From positions 6,989 to 70,988 of the forward strand of contig LCET01000003.1 in assembly GCA_000995185.1 (NCBI GenBank): 64,000 nt of DNA, read 5' to 3'. This DNA is from Candidatus Woesebacteria bacterium GW2011_GWC1_42_9 (lineage in GTDB: Bacteria > Patescibacteriota > Microgenomatia > UBA8517). Below are positions 1 to 8,376 of this stretch, one piece after another. The position numbers were made by a program, and so were the translations under genes. Under the pieces are notes generated by a model. The model was not told the origin of the DNA. It did not search any database and saw only the letters and a list, made by a program, of their open reading frames with translations. Positions within the stretch are counted from its first letter, which is position 1; every line of letters starts with the position of its first letter.

Positions 1-4
1 CCCG

Positions 5-532
5 ATGGAAAATTTCCAAAAAATGTCTAAAGCAGAGGATCCAAAGGAGAGAGCTATCTTGAAAAGAACATTTATGAAGAATATCCGCGCGCACATTAAA
101 GCAATTAGTGGAAAATATATTTTGCCGGAAGAAGGGACGATGGATTTTGCACTCATGTATATTCCGTCCGAGTCAGTTTATTATGAGGTGGTAAATGAGC
201 CGGATTTACTGCAACTGGCTCAGGAATCACGGGTATATCCGGTTTCGCCGACCACGCTTTATGCCCATTTGCAAACGATTCTTTTATCTTTTGAGGGACA
301 AAAGATCGAAACGCGCGCCCGGCAAGTATTTACAATGCTTAGGGCGATCCAAAAGGATTATTCTAAGTTAGAAGAAAATCTCTCCACCCTTCAAAGCCAC
401 ATAGGGAGAGCATATAACAAAATGAGCGATGTCTTAGGTATTTTTAATCACCTTGGTCAAAAAATTAATTCTACTCAAAGCTTGGGTGAAGGTGAAGATG
501 AAACTCAATCAAGAACAATTAGCGGCGATTAG
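5..532 (+). CDS. rmuC: DNA recombination protein RmuC, C-terminal part (5' end probably lies before the window)
   Basis: KYILPEEGTMDFALMYIPSESVY and PVSPTTLYAHL motifs typical of RmuC, followed by a coiled coil. Confidence 0.85.
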   Translation: MENFQKMSKAEDPKERAILKRTFMKNIRAHIKAISGKYILPEEGTMDFALMYIPSESVYYEVVNEPDLLQLAQESRVYPVSPTTLYAHLQTILLSFEGQKIETRARQVFTMLRAIQKDYSKLEENLSTLQSHIGRAYNKMSDVLGIFNHLGQKINSTQSLGEGEDETQSRTISGD

Positions 533-3341
533 GCATAAGAAAGGTCCGCTTCTGATTATCGCCGGGGCCGGAACTGGAAAGACTACTGTTATTGCCGAGA
601 GAATCAAATTCTTAGTCACTAAAGGCGGCATCAAACCTTCGGAAATATTGGCCTTAACTTTTTCTGAAAAGGCGGCTAGGGAAATGGAGGAGCGGGTGGA
701 TGTGGCTATGCCTTTAGGGTTTACACAAATGTGGATTTCTACCTTCCATAGTTTTTGCGATCAAGTTTTAAAAGATGAGGCCCTTCATGTGGGGCTAGAT
801 CCAAAATTTAATCTTTTTTCTCAAACTGAGTCCATCCAGTTTGTCCGTGATAATTTATTTGAATTTGATCTTGATTATTATCGTCCGCTAGGGAATCCTG
901 ACAAATTTGTGAGGGAGATGCTTACTCATTTTTCGCGCCTTCAGGATGAAGATATAACACCCGCGGATTATATCCGCTGGGTGAATTCAAAATTTAAAAT
1001 TCAAAATTTAAAATTAAATGCAGAAGGAAAAGCGGAATTTACAAGATATATGGAGTTAGCTGGCGCTTATAAAAAGTATGATGAACTTAAAATAAAAAAC
1101 GGCTGTTTTGATTTTGGGGATTTGATTACGAAAACATTGCTCTTGTTTAAGAGCCGCCCAAATGTCCTGGATCGGTATCAGGAAAGGTATAAACATATTT
1201 TGGTGGATGAGTACCAGGACGTTAACTTTGCCCAGAATAAACTTGCCTTATTAATTGCGGAAGGACGTAAAAATATTACGGTTGTTGGCGATGATGACCA
1301 AAGCATCTATCGATTTAGGGGTGCAGCAATTTCAAATATCACCCAATTTAAAAAGGCCTATCCTAAGGCAAAGACGGTGGTGCTTACTAAAAATTATCGC
1401 TCAGGCCAGGAAATATTAGATGGTGCATATAAATTGATCCAAAGCAATAACCCAGATCGGTTGGAAATATCAGAGAAAATAGATAAAAAATTAATGGCAG
1501 CCACAAAAACGGTTGCCAGTATCAGATTTTTCCACGAAAGTAGTGCCAATGGTGAGGCGCTAAGTGTGGCCCGAGAAATTAGCAAATTAACTAAGAGGAG
1601 ATATGATTATTCGGATATCGCGGTTTTAGTGCGGGCAAATAATCACGCTGACGCCTTCATTACTGCTTTTGAAAAAAACAATTTGCCGCATCAATTCTTG
1701 GGACCAGGGAAACTGTTTCAACAAGAGGAGATCATAAACATTATTTCATATTTGAAAGTATTGGTTGATCAAACTGACTCTGTTTCTTTGTTTGACTTTC
1801 TTTCATCAGAGTTTTGTCATTTTTCGGTAAAAAGGCTTCAGGGATTATTAGGACGCGCAAAGCGGGAGAAACGGCCTTTTTATGAAATATTGAGGGGAAA
1901 TGATGATGAAAAAATGAAGAGAATCTTGGAAATGATCGATCGGCATATAGAGCTCTTGCCCCGGGAGAGGACAAGTAGGATCGTATTTTTATTGCTCAAG
2001 GAAACAGAAAGACTTGAAAAGTTAATGGACCCGAGCCTTTCCAAATTGGAGACTGAAGCGGCAAATATTGCTAAATTATTTAGTCGCCTGAGTGAGTATG
2101 AGGCTGTTCACAGAATGGCGAGAGTAAGTGAAGTTGTTAGCTGGATTGAATTGGCATCTGAGTTTGGAGAAAGCCCTGCCGCGGCGAATATTGACTGGAG
2201 CAATGAGAATGCTGTAAACATCCTCACGATTCACTCGGCTAAGGGTCTCGAGTTTCCGGTTGTATTTTTAGTAAATTTGGTCGCTGGACGCTTTCCTTCG
2301 ATGTATCGGCGCGAGCAAATACCAATTCCTGATGAGTTAATTAAAGAGAAACTGCCGGAAGGGGATTTTCATCTGGAGGAGGAGCGGCGGTTATTTTATG
2401 TCGGGATGACGCGCGCGCAAGAAAAATTATATTTTACAGCGGCGGATTATTACGGAGAAGGGAAACGCGCTAAAAAATTATCACCTTTTATAGTCGAAGC
2501 ACTTGGAGATCAGCCACCGTCGCTAGAAATTTTCAATAAAAATACTGTATTTCCAAAATTTGTTAAAAAGGAAAAATTACCCATTAAGCATCACCCATTA
2601 TCCATCCACATTGATTTTCTATCTTATTCTCAGATTGAGGCATTTAAAATTTGCCCGCTGCACTATAAATTGAGCTATATTTTAAAGATCCCGACCCCAA
2701 AGACCGCGGCACAAAGCTTCGGGACGAGTATACACGAGACTCTCAAAGATTTTTATATTGCACTCAAAGCGGGAGAAAAACCAGATCGGAGGTTAATTAA
2801 TCGACTTCTCTCAAAAAATTGGGACCCAGAGGGCTATAAAAATATTGCTCATAACAAAGAAGCTCTAAAAAAAGCCAAATATGTTTTAAAAAATTATCTA
2901 AGAGGCTTATTTAATCCAAAAATAAATACTTTGGCCGCGGAGCAAAAATTTATCTTTAAATTAAAGGATTTGAAAGTGGGTGGGAAAATTGACCGCATTG
3001 ATAAGCAAGGGGACACCCTTGAGGTAATTGACTACAAAACCGGGAGCAAATTGCCGAGTCAAAGGGAAGTAGATGCCAATCTCCAGCTTTCGATTTATGC
3101 TTTGGCGATTAATAAAATAAATGACTTTCCTTTCAAAAAAAATTATAAAAAATTGAAATTGTCATTAATTTACCTCGATCCCTTAACAAAAATTACAACT
3201 TCAAGGACGATTGATGAATTAAAAAGCGCCGAAAAAGAGCTATTTAATTATAAAAAGAAAATTGAGGAGTCTGATTTTATATGTTCAAATACTCCAATTT
3301 GTGCCAATTGCGAATATTCCAGCTTCTGCAATAGAGGTTGA
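498..3341 (+). CDS. UvrD/PcrA-family SF1A helicase fused to a C-terminal PD-(D/E)xK (RecB/Cas4-like) nuclease with a predicted Fe-S cluster
   Basis: AGAGTGKT, VDEYQD, GDDDQSIYRFRGA, TIHSAKGLEF, EEERRLFYVGMTRA; C-terminal LSYSQ..CP, GKIDRID, IDYKTG, QLSIYA, CxxCx5C. Start moved to ATG 498 (MKLNQEQ). Confidence 0.9.
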   Translation: MKLNQEQLAAIRHKKGPLLIIAGAGTGKTTVIAERIKFLVTKGGIKPSEILALTFSEKAAREMEERVDVAMPLGFTQMWISTFHSFCDQVLKDEALHVGLDPKFNLFSQTESIQFVRDNLFEFDLDYYRPLGNPDKFVREMLTHFSRLQDEDITPADYIRWVNSKFKIQNLKLNAEGKAEFTRYMELAGAYKKYDELKIKNGCFDFGDLITKTLLLFKSRPNVLDRYQERYKHILVDEYQDVNFAQNKLALLIAEGRKNITVVGDDDQSIYRFRGAAISNITQFKKAYPKAKTVVLTKNYRSGQEILDGAYKLIQSNNPDRLEISEKIDKKLMAATKTVASIRFFHESSANGEALSVAREISKLTKRRYDYSDIAVLVRANNHADAFITAFEKNNLPHQFLGPGKLFQQEEIINIISYLKVLVDQTDSVSLFDFLSSEFCHFSVKRLQGLLGRAKREKRPFYEILRGNDDEKMKRILEMIDRHIELLPRERTSRIVFLLLKETERLEKLMDPSLSKLETEAANIAKLFSRLSEYEAVHRMARVSEVVSWIELASEFGESPAAANIDWSNENAVNILTIHSAKGLEFPVVFLVNLVAGRFPSMYRREQIPIPDELIKEKLPEGDFHLEEERRLFYVGMTRAQEKLYFTAADYYGEGKRAKKLSPFIVEALGDQPPSLEIFNKNTVFPKFVKKEKLPIKHHPLSIHIDFLSYSQIEAFKICPLHYKLSYILKIPTPKTAAQSFGTSIHETLKDFYIALKAGEKPDRRLINRLLSKNWDPEGYKNIAHNKEALKKAKYVLKNYLRGLFNPKINTLAAEQKFIFKLKDLKVGGKIDRIDKQGDTLEVIDYKTGSKLPSQREVDANLQLSIYALAINKINDFPFKKNYKKLKLSLIYLDPLTKITTSRTIDELKSAEKELFNYKKKIEESDFICSNTPICANCEYSSFCNRG

Positions 3342-3366
3342 TATTACCCCAATATTATGGTATAAA
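3338..3366 (+). promoter_or_regulatory. sigma70-type promoter P1
   Basis: TTGATA-17 nt-TATAAA with an extended -10 TG. Confidence 0.55.
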
Positions 3367-3371
3367 TTGCA

Positions 3372-3472
3372 TGGCGTTTATTATGCCAACACTCATTTGC
3401 GAGTGTATTTATTGGCTGCGGGGATGTCGAGACACTCGATGGATAAACATTATCCAGTTCCCCGCAGGCCAA
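3372..3472 (+). ncRNA. Putative structured small RNA: two hairpins plus a three-way junction
   Basis: Stems TGGCG/TGCCA, ACACTC/GAGTGT, and TTGGCTGCGGGGA/TCCCCGCAGGCCAA enclosing TCGAG-aca-CTCGA and TGGATAA-aca-TTATCCA; begins at the predicted start site of P1. Confidence 0.45.
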
Positions 3473-3486
3473 ATCTAAACTCCGGC

Positions 3487-3515
3487 TTGACCCCATAATG
3501 GTTCTTCGATATAAA
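3487..3515 (+). promoter_or_regulatory. sigma70-type promoter P2
   Basis: TTGACC-17 nt-TATAAA. Confidence 0.5.
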
Positions 3516-3563
3516 TGAATTAGCTCGAGCTAACACCTATTTGACTATAAAGAAAGGACGCTT

Positions 3564-3605
3564 ATGAGCTTGTCAGTAGTGTCCATGTTCTGGTTTGTCT
3601 TTTAG
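3564..3605 (+). CDS. Putative 13-aa hydrophobic micropeptide MSLSVVSMFWFVF
   Basis: AAAGGA SD-like site 5 nt upstream of the ATG; lies between promoter P2 and a terminator. Confidence 0.3.
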   Translation: MSLSVVSMFWFVF

Positions 3606-3624
3606 GAGGTGATCTAGCTTGTTG

Positions 3625-3669
3625 GTTGGCGGGAATTTCCTTCCACTCTCCCGCCAACTTCCTTTTTTT
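3625..3669 (+). terminator. Intrinsic terminator hairpin
   Basis: 10-bp stem GTTGGCGGGA/TCCCGCCAAC followed by TTCCTTTTTTT; also sits at the 3' end of the convergent FemABX gene. Confidence 0.7.
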
Positions 3670-4525
3670 AAAATCTCCAAGAATTCTTGACAAGCTTATA
3701 ATTTTTGATAAAATTCTTTTTAGAAAACGCTCCTGGGAACTCAACTTCATATCCCCCGAAACTTTTTTTGAAATGTGTGAACCCGAGCCATTTTTTGTTT
3801 GGAAAGCGCTTGTCATAGATCCCTTCAAAATCAAATTTTTTAGCTCCTCTTTTTTTGGCCCACAATATCCCTTCCCAGAGGATTTTGTATTGCACTAGAT
3901 TTTTCCTACTTTCTTTATTTGTGAACGCAAACCAATAATATCCAATGTCTTTCGATTTTAAAAACACCGCCCCTGCCTTATTTAGTTTTTGTGTTCTAGA
4001 ACATGATAACAAGAGGCAATTGTCTTCAAATGCTTTTTTGAGGGAAGTAAGATTATTTAGACTTGGGACATAGCGAGAAAAGGGGACTGAGGCTTTCCAA
4101 TTCTTATGAAATTTCTCAATATTATTTTCTTCTATGCACTTTATTCTATGTTCTATGTTCTTTCTTAGCGAATATTTGCAATCTTTTTTTAGTTGTTGAT
4201 ATAGTTTCTTTTGAGTTAGCGTGAGATCTAGTTGCAGGGTCTTACTTGGGGAGTAAGCAGCCGTTTGCTTGAATTTATTATCCATTAACCATAATCCATT
4301 ATTTATTGATTGTGGCTCCACGACGATCCTAAATATTTTGTATTTATTGCTTAATTTTTTAAGATCATGTTCATTTAGTACTGCGTCATAGCGTTGGATT
4401 TTTACAAAATGCCCGATGATTGGAAACTTTTTTATGAAGTAATAAACCCCACTTATTTTTTCCGCCTTCCATCCCAAAGCCCGCATATATTTGGCATATT
4501 GAGGTGTTTGCCTGATATCTGTCAT
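3668..4525 (-). CDS. FemABX-family peptidoglycan bridge (lipid II aminoacyl) transferase
   Basis: DIRQTPQY N-terminus, LQLDLT..KKDCKYSLRK, WEGILWAKKRGAKKFDFEGI, GFTHFKKSFGG. Confidence 0.85.
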   Translation of the reverse strand: MTDIRQTPQYAKYMRALGWKAEKISGVYYFIKKFPIIGHFVKIQRYDAVLNEHDLKKLSNKYKIFRIVVEPQSINNGLWLMDNKFKQTAAYSPSKTLQLDLTLTQKKLYQQLKKDCKYSLRKNIEHRIKCIEENNIEKFHKNWKASVPFSRYVPSLNNLTSLKKAFEDNCLLLSCSRTQKLNKAGAVFLKSKDIGYYWFAFTNKESRKNLVQYKILWEGILWAKKRGAKKFDFEGIYDKRFPNKKWLGFTHFKKSFGGYEVEFPGAFSKKNFIKNYKLVKNSWRF

Positions 4526-5473
4526 TTAAAAACTCGGTTTGGTGAAGCGCGATTTTATGCGAAGGAGCCTCCATCGAAGATAATCGGCAAAGCGATATGG
4601 CCAGTAAAGTTTACTGGTGACTAAATCCCAAGTGCCGATAAATTCAACCACTTCTGGAGTGTAGCCTTCTTTGAATTTAGTAAATCCCTTGCCTTCTTCT
4701 CTGCCCCATAAATCAAAAGTCTTAAGTTTCAATTTGCGTCCAAGGCGTATCGCTTCCCACATCAGTAAGTTACTGGGCATGAGTCGAGAGTGATTTGGAT
4801 TTGAAGTGGATGCGCCGTATGGGTAGTATAAAAAGCCCTTCCAGGCGAATAAAATCCAGGCGGCAATAATTTCATTTTTATATTTGGCGACGAGCAATTT
4901 TGCAATGCCGGCCTTGTTGAGTACTCCCCACATCAAGCGATGATAGCGCTCGCTATGGGCGTAAAACCTTTGTCTTTTTACAGTTCCTCGGGTTAATCTG
5001 ATGTAGCTATCAAAGGCTGCGCCGCTATTGTCGTTTGTGACAGCCACGCCTTTTTTTTGGGCAAGTCGGATGTTATAGCGAGTTTTGCCAGAAAAACTTT
5101 TTAAGAGGCTCTCTTCGCTTTTGGTTAGATCGATCCAGAAAGTAGTTGGAGTAAAAAGAGTTTTCCCTTTGACACAACCACTTGTCTTAAGGAGTCTTTC
5201 TAAAGAAGCGCTTTTTTTCACAAACGGCTCAAGTTTGATAAAGATTAATTTTTGTTCAGCCGCTACTTTCTTGAGGTCAGTAAGTGATTTTCGTGTTGGC
5301 GCATTTCCCCGGATTAGCATCCCAACTTTTTTGTTTGTAAACGGAGGCTTATGTAGTGTTAGAAGCCCGTGAGGTGTGTAAATTACCTCATTCCCCCAGG
5401 CTTTTCTAAATTCCCCCCATTCATGCGTTTGCAAGGGGTGCGGAGCAAGTTTATTTACTTCTTCGCGGTTCAT
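4526..5473 (-). CDS. FemABX-family peptidoglycan bridge transferase
   Basis: HPLQTHEWGEFR, IDLTKSEESLL..KTRYNIRLA, YYPYGAS, FDLWG, GFTKFKEGY. Confidence 0.9.
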   Translation of the reverse strand: MNREEVNKLAPHPLQTHEWGEFRKAWGNEVIYTPHGLLTLHKPPFTNKKVGMLIRGNAPTRKSLTDLKKVAAEQKLIFIKLEPFVKKSASLERLLKTSGCVKGKTLFTPTTFWIDLTKSEESLLKSFSGKTRYNIRLAQKKGVAVTNDNSGAAFDSYIRLTRGTVKRQRFYAHSERYHRLMWGVLNKAGIAKLLVAKYKNEIIAAWILFAWKGFLYYPYGASTSNPNHSRLMPSNLLMWEAIRLGRKLKLKTFDLWGREEGKGFTKFKEGYTPEVVEFIGTWDLVTSKLYWPYRFADYLRWRLLRIKSRFTKPSF

Positions 5474-7296
5474 TAATCAAAATTATACTCTTTAACGGGA
5501 GTGTAGGAGAAATTATCGGAAGTGTCTAAAAGATCTTCGGGGATCTCGGATAAGAAGCGTGAAGGGGGATTCGTAATCCTTTGGCCGAAGTAGAGCCTTC
5601 TTTCGGCATAGGTGAGATATAAAACTTCTTTTGCCCGGGTGATCCCGACGTAGGCCAATCTTCTTTCTTCTTCCAATTGCTCGCGGTCAAAAAGCGATCG
5701 AGAGTGAGGGAAAAGCCCTTCCTCGAGGCCAGTGATAAATACAACAGGGAACTCGAGCCCCTTAGCCGCATGAAGGGTCATTAGGGTGACTTTATCGTGT
5801 TCACTTGTAGTCTGCTCTTTTTGGACGAGGGAAATATTTTCTAAAAATTGAAGCAAGTTAGAATGTTCCTGGGCGACGGATCGAAGCTCCTTAATGTTTT
5901 CTAGGTGGCTAAAGTTTTCCTCAGTTTCTTGGGAGTATTTATCCAAATAGTGAGTATTGCTAACTACCGCGTCTAATATCTCAAGGGAGGTTAGTTGTTC
6001 TTGGTCAAGTTTTCCTTTTATCTCTATGAATTTCTCAAAACGCCGTTTCCCAATTTTTTGGGCGCGCTTTAGGGCGACAGTGTCTTTGGGGTTAACCACA
6101 AGCCGGAGGTAGCTTAGGATGTCTTTGATCTCGGCTCGATCGTAAAAACGCGTCCCGCCAACAATTGTGTAGGGGATATCTATATGGAGCATTGCTTCTT
6201 CAATTACCCTGGATTGCGCGTTTGTGCGATAAAGTACCGCAATATCATTCCAATTAAATCCGGTGCGGGCGAGGCCCCCGATTTTTTCTGCAATATAGCG
6301 TGCTTCATCTAAACCATTTTGCGCTTGATAGAGCTTGATGTGCTCCCCATCAGTATTTTTGGTCCAAAGCTTTAAAATTGGATGAGAGGAGTTTTTTGAA
6401 ATGACGGCGTTAGCAGTTGAAAGGATTTTTTGGGTAGAGCGATAGTTTTGCTCCAGATTAATAATTTTTAGATTTTTGTAATCTCGTTTCAAGTAATCGA
6501 TATTTTTATAATCTGCCCCGCGCCAACTGTAGATTGATTGGCTTGCGTCTCCGACGGCAGTGATATTTTCATTCTTGCCGACCAAAAGTTTCGTAAGTTC
6601 ATACTGGACTTTATTGGTGTCCTGCCATTCATCCACCAGGACAAAAGTTAGCTTACTTTGCCATTTGGATAAGATTTTCGGGTTTTTAGTGAACAATAAA
6701 ACGGCTTTGATCAGCAGATCGTCAAAATCAAGCGCCCCCGCTTCTAATAAATATTTTTCGTACTCAAGATATATTTTAAATATTTTTTTCTGCCGGTCGC
6801 CTTGTGCAATTTCGCCATATTGAAGCGGAGTGATCCCTCTGCATTTTGCATCTGAAATTTGAGCGAGCACGCCTCCTGGATTATATGAATCTCGAGACAA
6901 ATTTAAATCGAGAAGGATTTCTCCGATGGCATGCTTCTGATCAGACTCATCGTAAATTATGAAATTTTGTTCAATCCCTATTGACTGTCCCTCAACCCTG
7001 AGAAGTTTTACGCAAAAACTATGAAATGTCCCAGACATCGATGGGACCACCCCGGTTAGTTTAAGAATCCGATCTTTCATCTCAGAAGCGGCCTTATTGG
7101 TAAAAGTCAAAAGCAGGACACTGTCTGGGCTTACCCCTTTTTCTTTCATCAGCCAGGCTGCCCTGTATGTCAGGACCCTCGTTTTCCCAGATCCGGCTCC
7201 GGCCAAAATTAGTAAGGGACCATCTTCGTGGACCACAGCTTGGGCTTGTTGTTCGTTTAGATTTGCGAGTAAAATGGACTTCACGGCAAGTTTCAT
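5473..7296 (-). CDS. pcrA: ATP-dependent DNA helicase PcrA/UvrD
   Basis: AGAGSGKT, VDEWQDTN, GDASQSIYSWRGA, YRTNAQSR, TLHAAKGLEF, EEERRLAYVGITRA. Confidence 0.92.
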   Translation of the reverse strand: MKLAVKSILLANLNEQQAQAVVHEDGPLLILAGAGSGKTRVLTYRAAWLMKEKGVSPDSVLLLTFTNKAASEMKDRILKLTGVVPSMSGTFHSFCVKLLRVEGQSIGIEQNFIIYDESDQKHAIGEILLDLNLSRDSYNPGGVLAQISDAKCRGITPLQYGEIAQGDRQKKIFKIYLEYEKYLLEAGALDFDDLLIKAVLLFTKNPKILSKWQSKLTFVLVDEWQDTNKVQYELTKLLVGKNENITAVGDASQSIYSWRGADYKNIDYLKRDYKNLKIINLEQNYRSTQKILSTANAVISKNSSHPILKLWTKNTDGEHIKLYQAQNGLDEARYIAEKIGGLARTGFNWNDIAVLYRTNAQSRVIEEAMLHIDIPYTIVGGTRFYDRAEIKDILSYLRLVVNPKDTVALKRAQKIGKRRFEKFIEIKGKLDQEQLTSLEILDAVVSNTHYLDKYSQETEENFSHLENIKELRSVAQEHSNLLQFLENISLVQKEQTTSEHDKVTLMTLHAAKGLEFPVVFITGLEEGLFPHSRSLFDREQLEEERRLAYVGITRAKEVLYLTYAERRLYFGQRITNPPSRFLSEIPEDLLDTSDNFSYTPVKEYNFD

Positions 7297-7302
7297 TCTA
7301 AC

Positions 7303-8376
7303 ATGCTTGATTCAAAAGAATTGGGAAAGATCAAAAGAAAAATATTGTCCCGCCATTATGTTTTGGTACGGGCTGTCTTAGCCTCGGCATTAATACTTTT
7401 GTTTTTGTTGGTTATTTGGGGGATCCTTGGTTTTTTAAAAAAAACGGTCGTTGGTAAGTACACTGGCATTGCCAGATCTTTCATTGTCACTCCAAAGAAC
7501 CAAATATTTGCAATAGACGGAAAAACAAACATTCTTGTATTAGGAAAAGCCGGTGAAGGAAATATCGCTCCGGATTTGACTGATACGATAATGCTTGCGT
7601 CGGTTGACCATGAAAATGGGACTATAAAATTGGTTTCCTTGCCGAGGGATATTTGGATTGAGGACTTGAGAGCAAAGCTTAACAGTGTTTACTACTGGGG
7701 GGAAGAAAAGAAAGAAGGGGGAGGGATAGTACTGGCGAAATCTGTAGTGGAGGAGATTACTGGCATACCGGTGCACTATGCGGTGGTGGTAGATTTTTCC
7801 GGCTTTAGTGAAATTATTAATACTTTGGGTGGGATCGAGGTAAATGTTGACCGTTCGTTTACAGATGAGGATTACCCCATCCCCGGGAAGGAAGCGGATG
7901 AATGTGAGGGGGACCCAGACTTTTTATGTCGGTATGAGACGATTCATTTTGATGCTGGGACGCAAATGATGGATGGAGCAACGGCACTTAAATTTGTCCG
8001 ATCAAGAAATTCAAAGGACCCAGAAGAGGGGACAGATTTAGCGCGGTCGGTCAGACAGCAGAGAGTGCTGGCTTCGATTAAAAATAAAGCCCTAAGCTCC
8101 GAGACCCTTTTTTCGTTTAGTAAATTAAAAAGCCTTCAGGGGGAGGTGGATAATATGATCGAGACGGATCTTGATGAGCGAGGATTGGCAATTTTGGCCA
8201 GAAGAGCGCTGGAAGCAAAAGACAACTTTTTAGCTATGAGTATGCCAGAGGAGCTATTAATAAACCCACCCTTAAGCCACAAATACGATAATCTTTATGT
8301 ATTTGTCCCAAGGAGCGAAAACTGGGATGAGATTAGGTCTTGGTTTGAAGATGTTTTTGCCAACATTAATTATTAG
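7303..8376 (+). CDS. LytR-CpsA-Psr (LCP) family phosphotransferase
   Basis: N-terminal TM; NILVLG, LTDTIML, SLPRD, KLNSVY, FVRSR, DLARSVRQQ. Confidence 0.9.
   Translation: MLDSKELGKIKRKILSRHYVLVRAVLASALILLFLLVIWGILGFLKKTVVGKYTGIARSFIVTPKNQIFAIDGKTNILVLGKAGEGNIAPDLTDTIMLASVDHENGTIKLVSLPRDIWIEDLRAKLNSVYYWGEEKKEGGGIVLAKSVVEEITGIPVHYAVVVDFSGFSEIINTLGGIEVNVDRSFTDEDYPIPGKEADECEGDPDFLCRYETIHFDAGTQMMDGATALKFVRSRNSKDPEEGTDLARSVRQQRVLASIKNKALSSETLFSFSKLKSLQGEVDNMIETDLDERGLAILARRALEAKDNFLAMSMPEELLINPPLSHKYDNLYVFVPRSENWDEIRSWFEDVFANINY

Noticed and set aside
2610-3341. Cas4 gene or CRISPR system
   Set aside because: The Cas4-like domain is fused to a UvrD helicase; no cas1/cas2 and no repeat-spacer array is visible in the window
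3372-3472. tRNA, tmRNA, SRP RNA or RNase P RNA
   Set aside because: No TTCGA T-loop with cloverleaf and CCA, no SRP GNRA domain IV motif, no GAGGAAAGTCC
3262-3898. ORFs 3262-3498(+), 3562-3834(-) and 3626-3898(+)
   Set aside because: They overlap real genes or run through strong RNA structures, use weak starts and show no protein motifs
7290-7310. Special bidirectional element between the pcrA and LCP starts (6 nt apart)
   Set aside because: True starts are uncertain: the TAGAAT -10 overlaps the called pcrA ATG, so a downstream GTG may be the start, and the spacing cannot be interpreted
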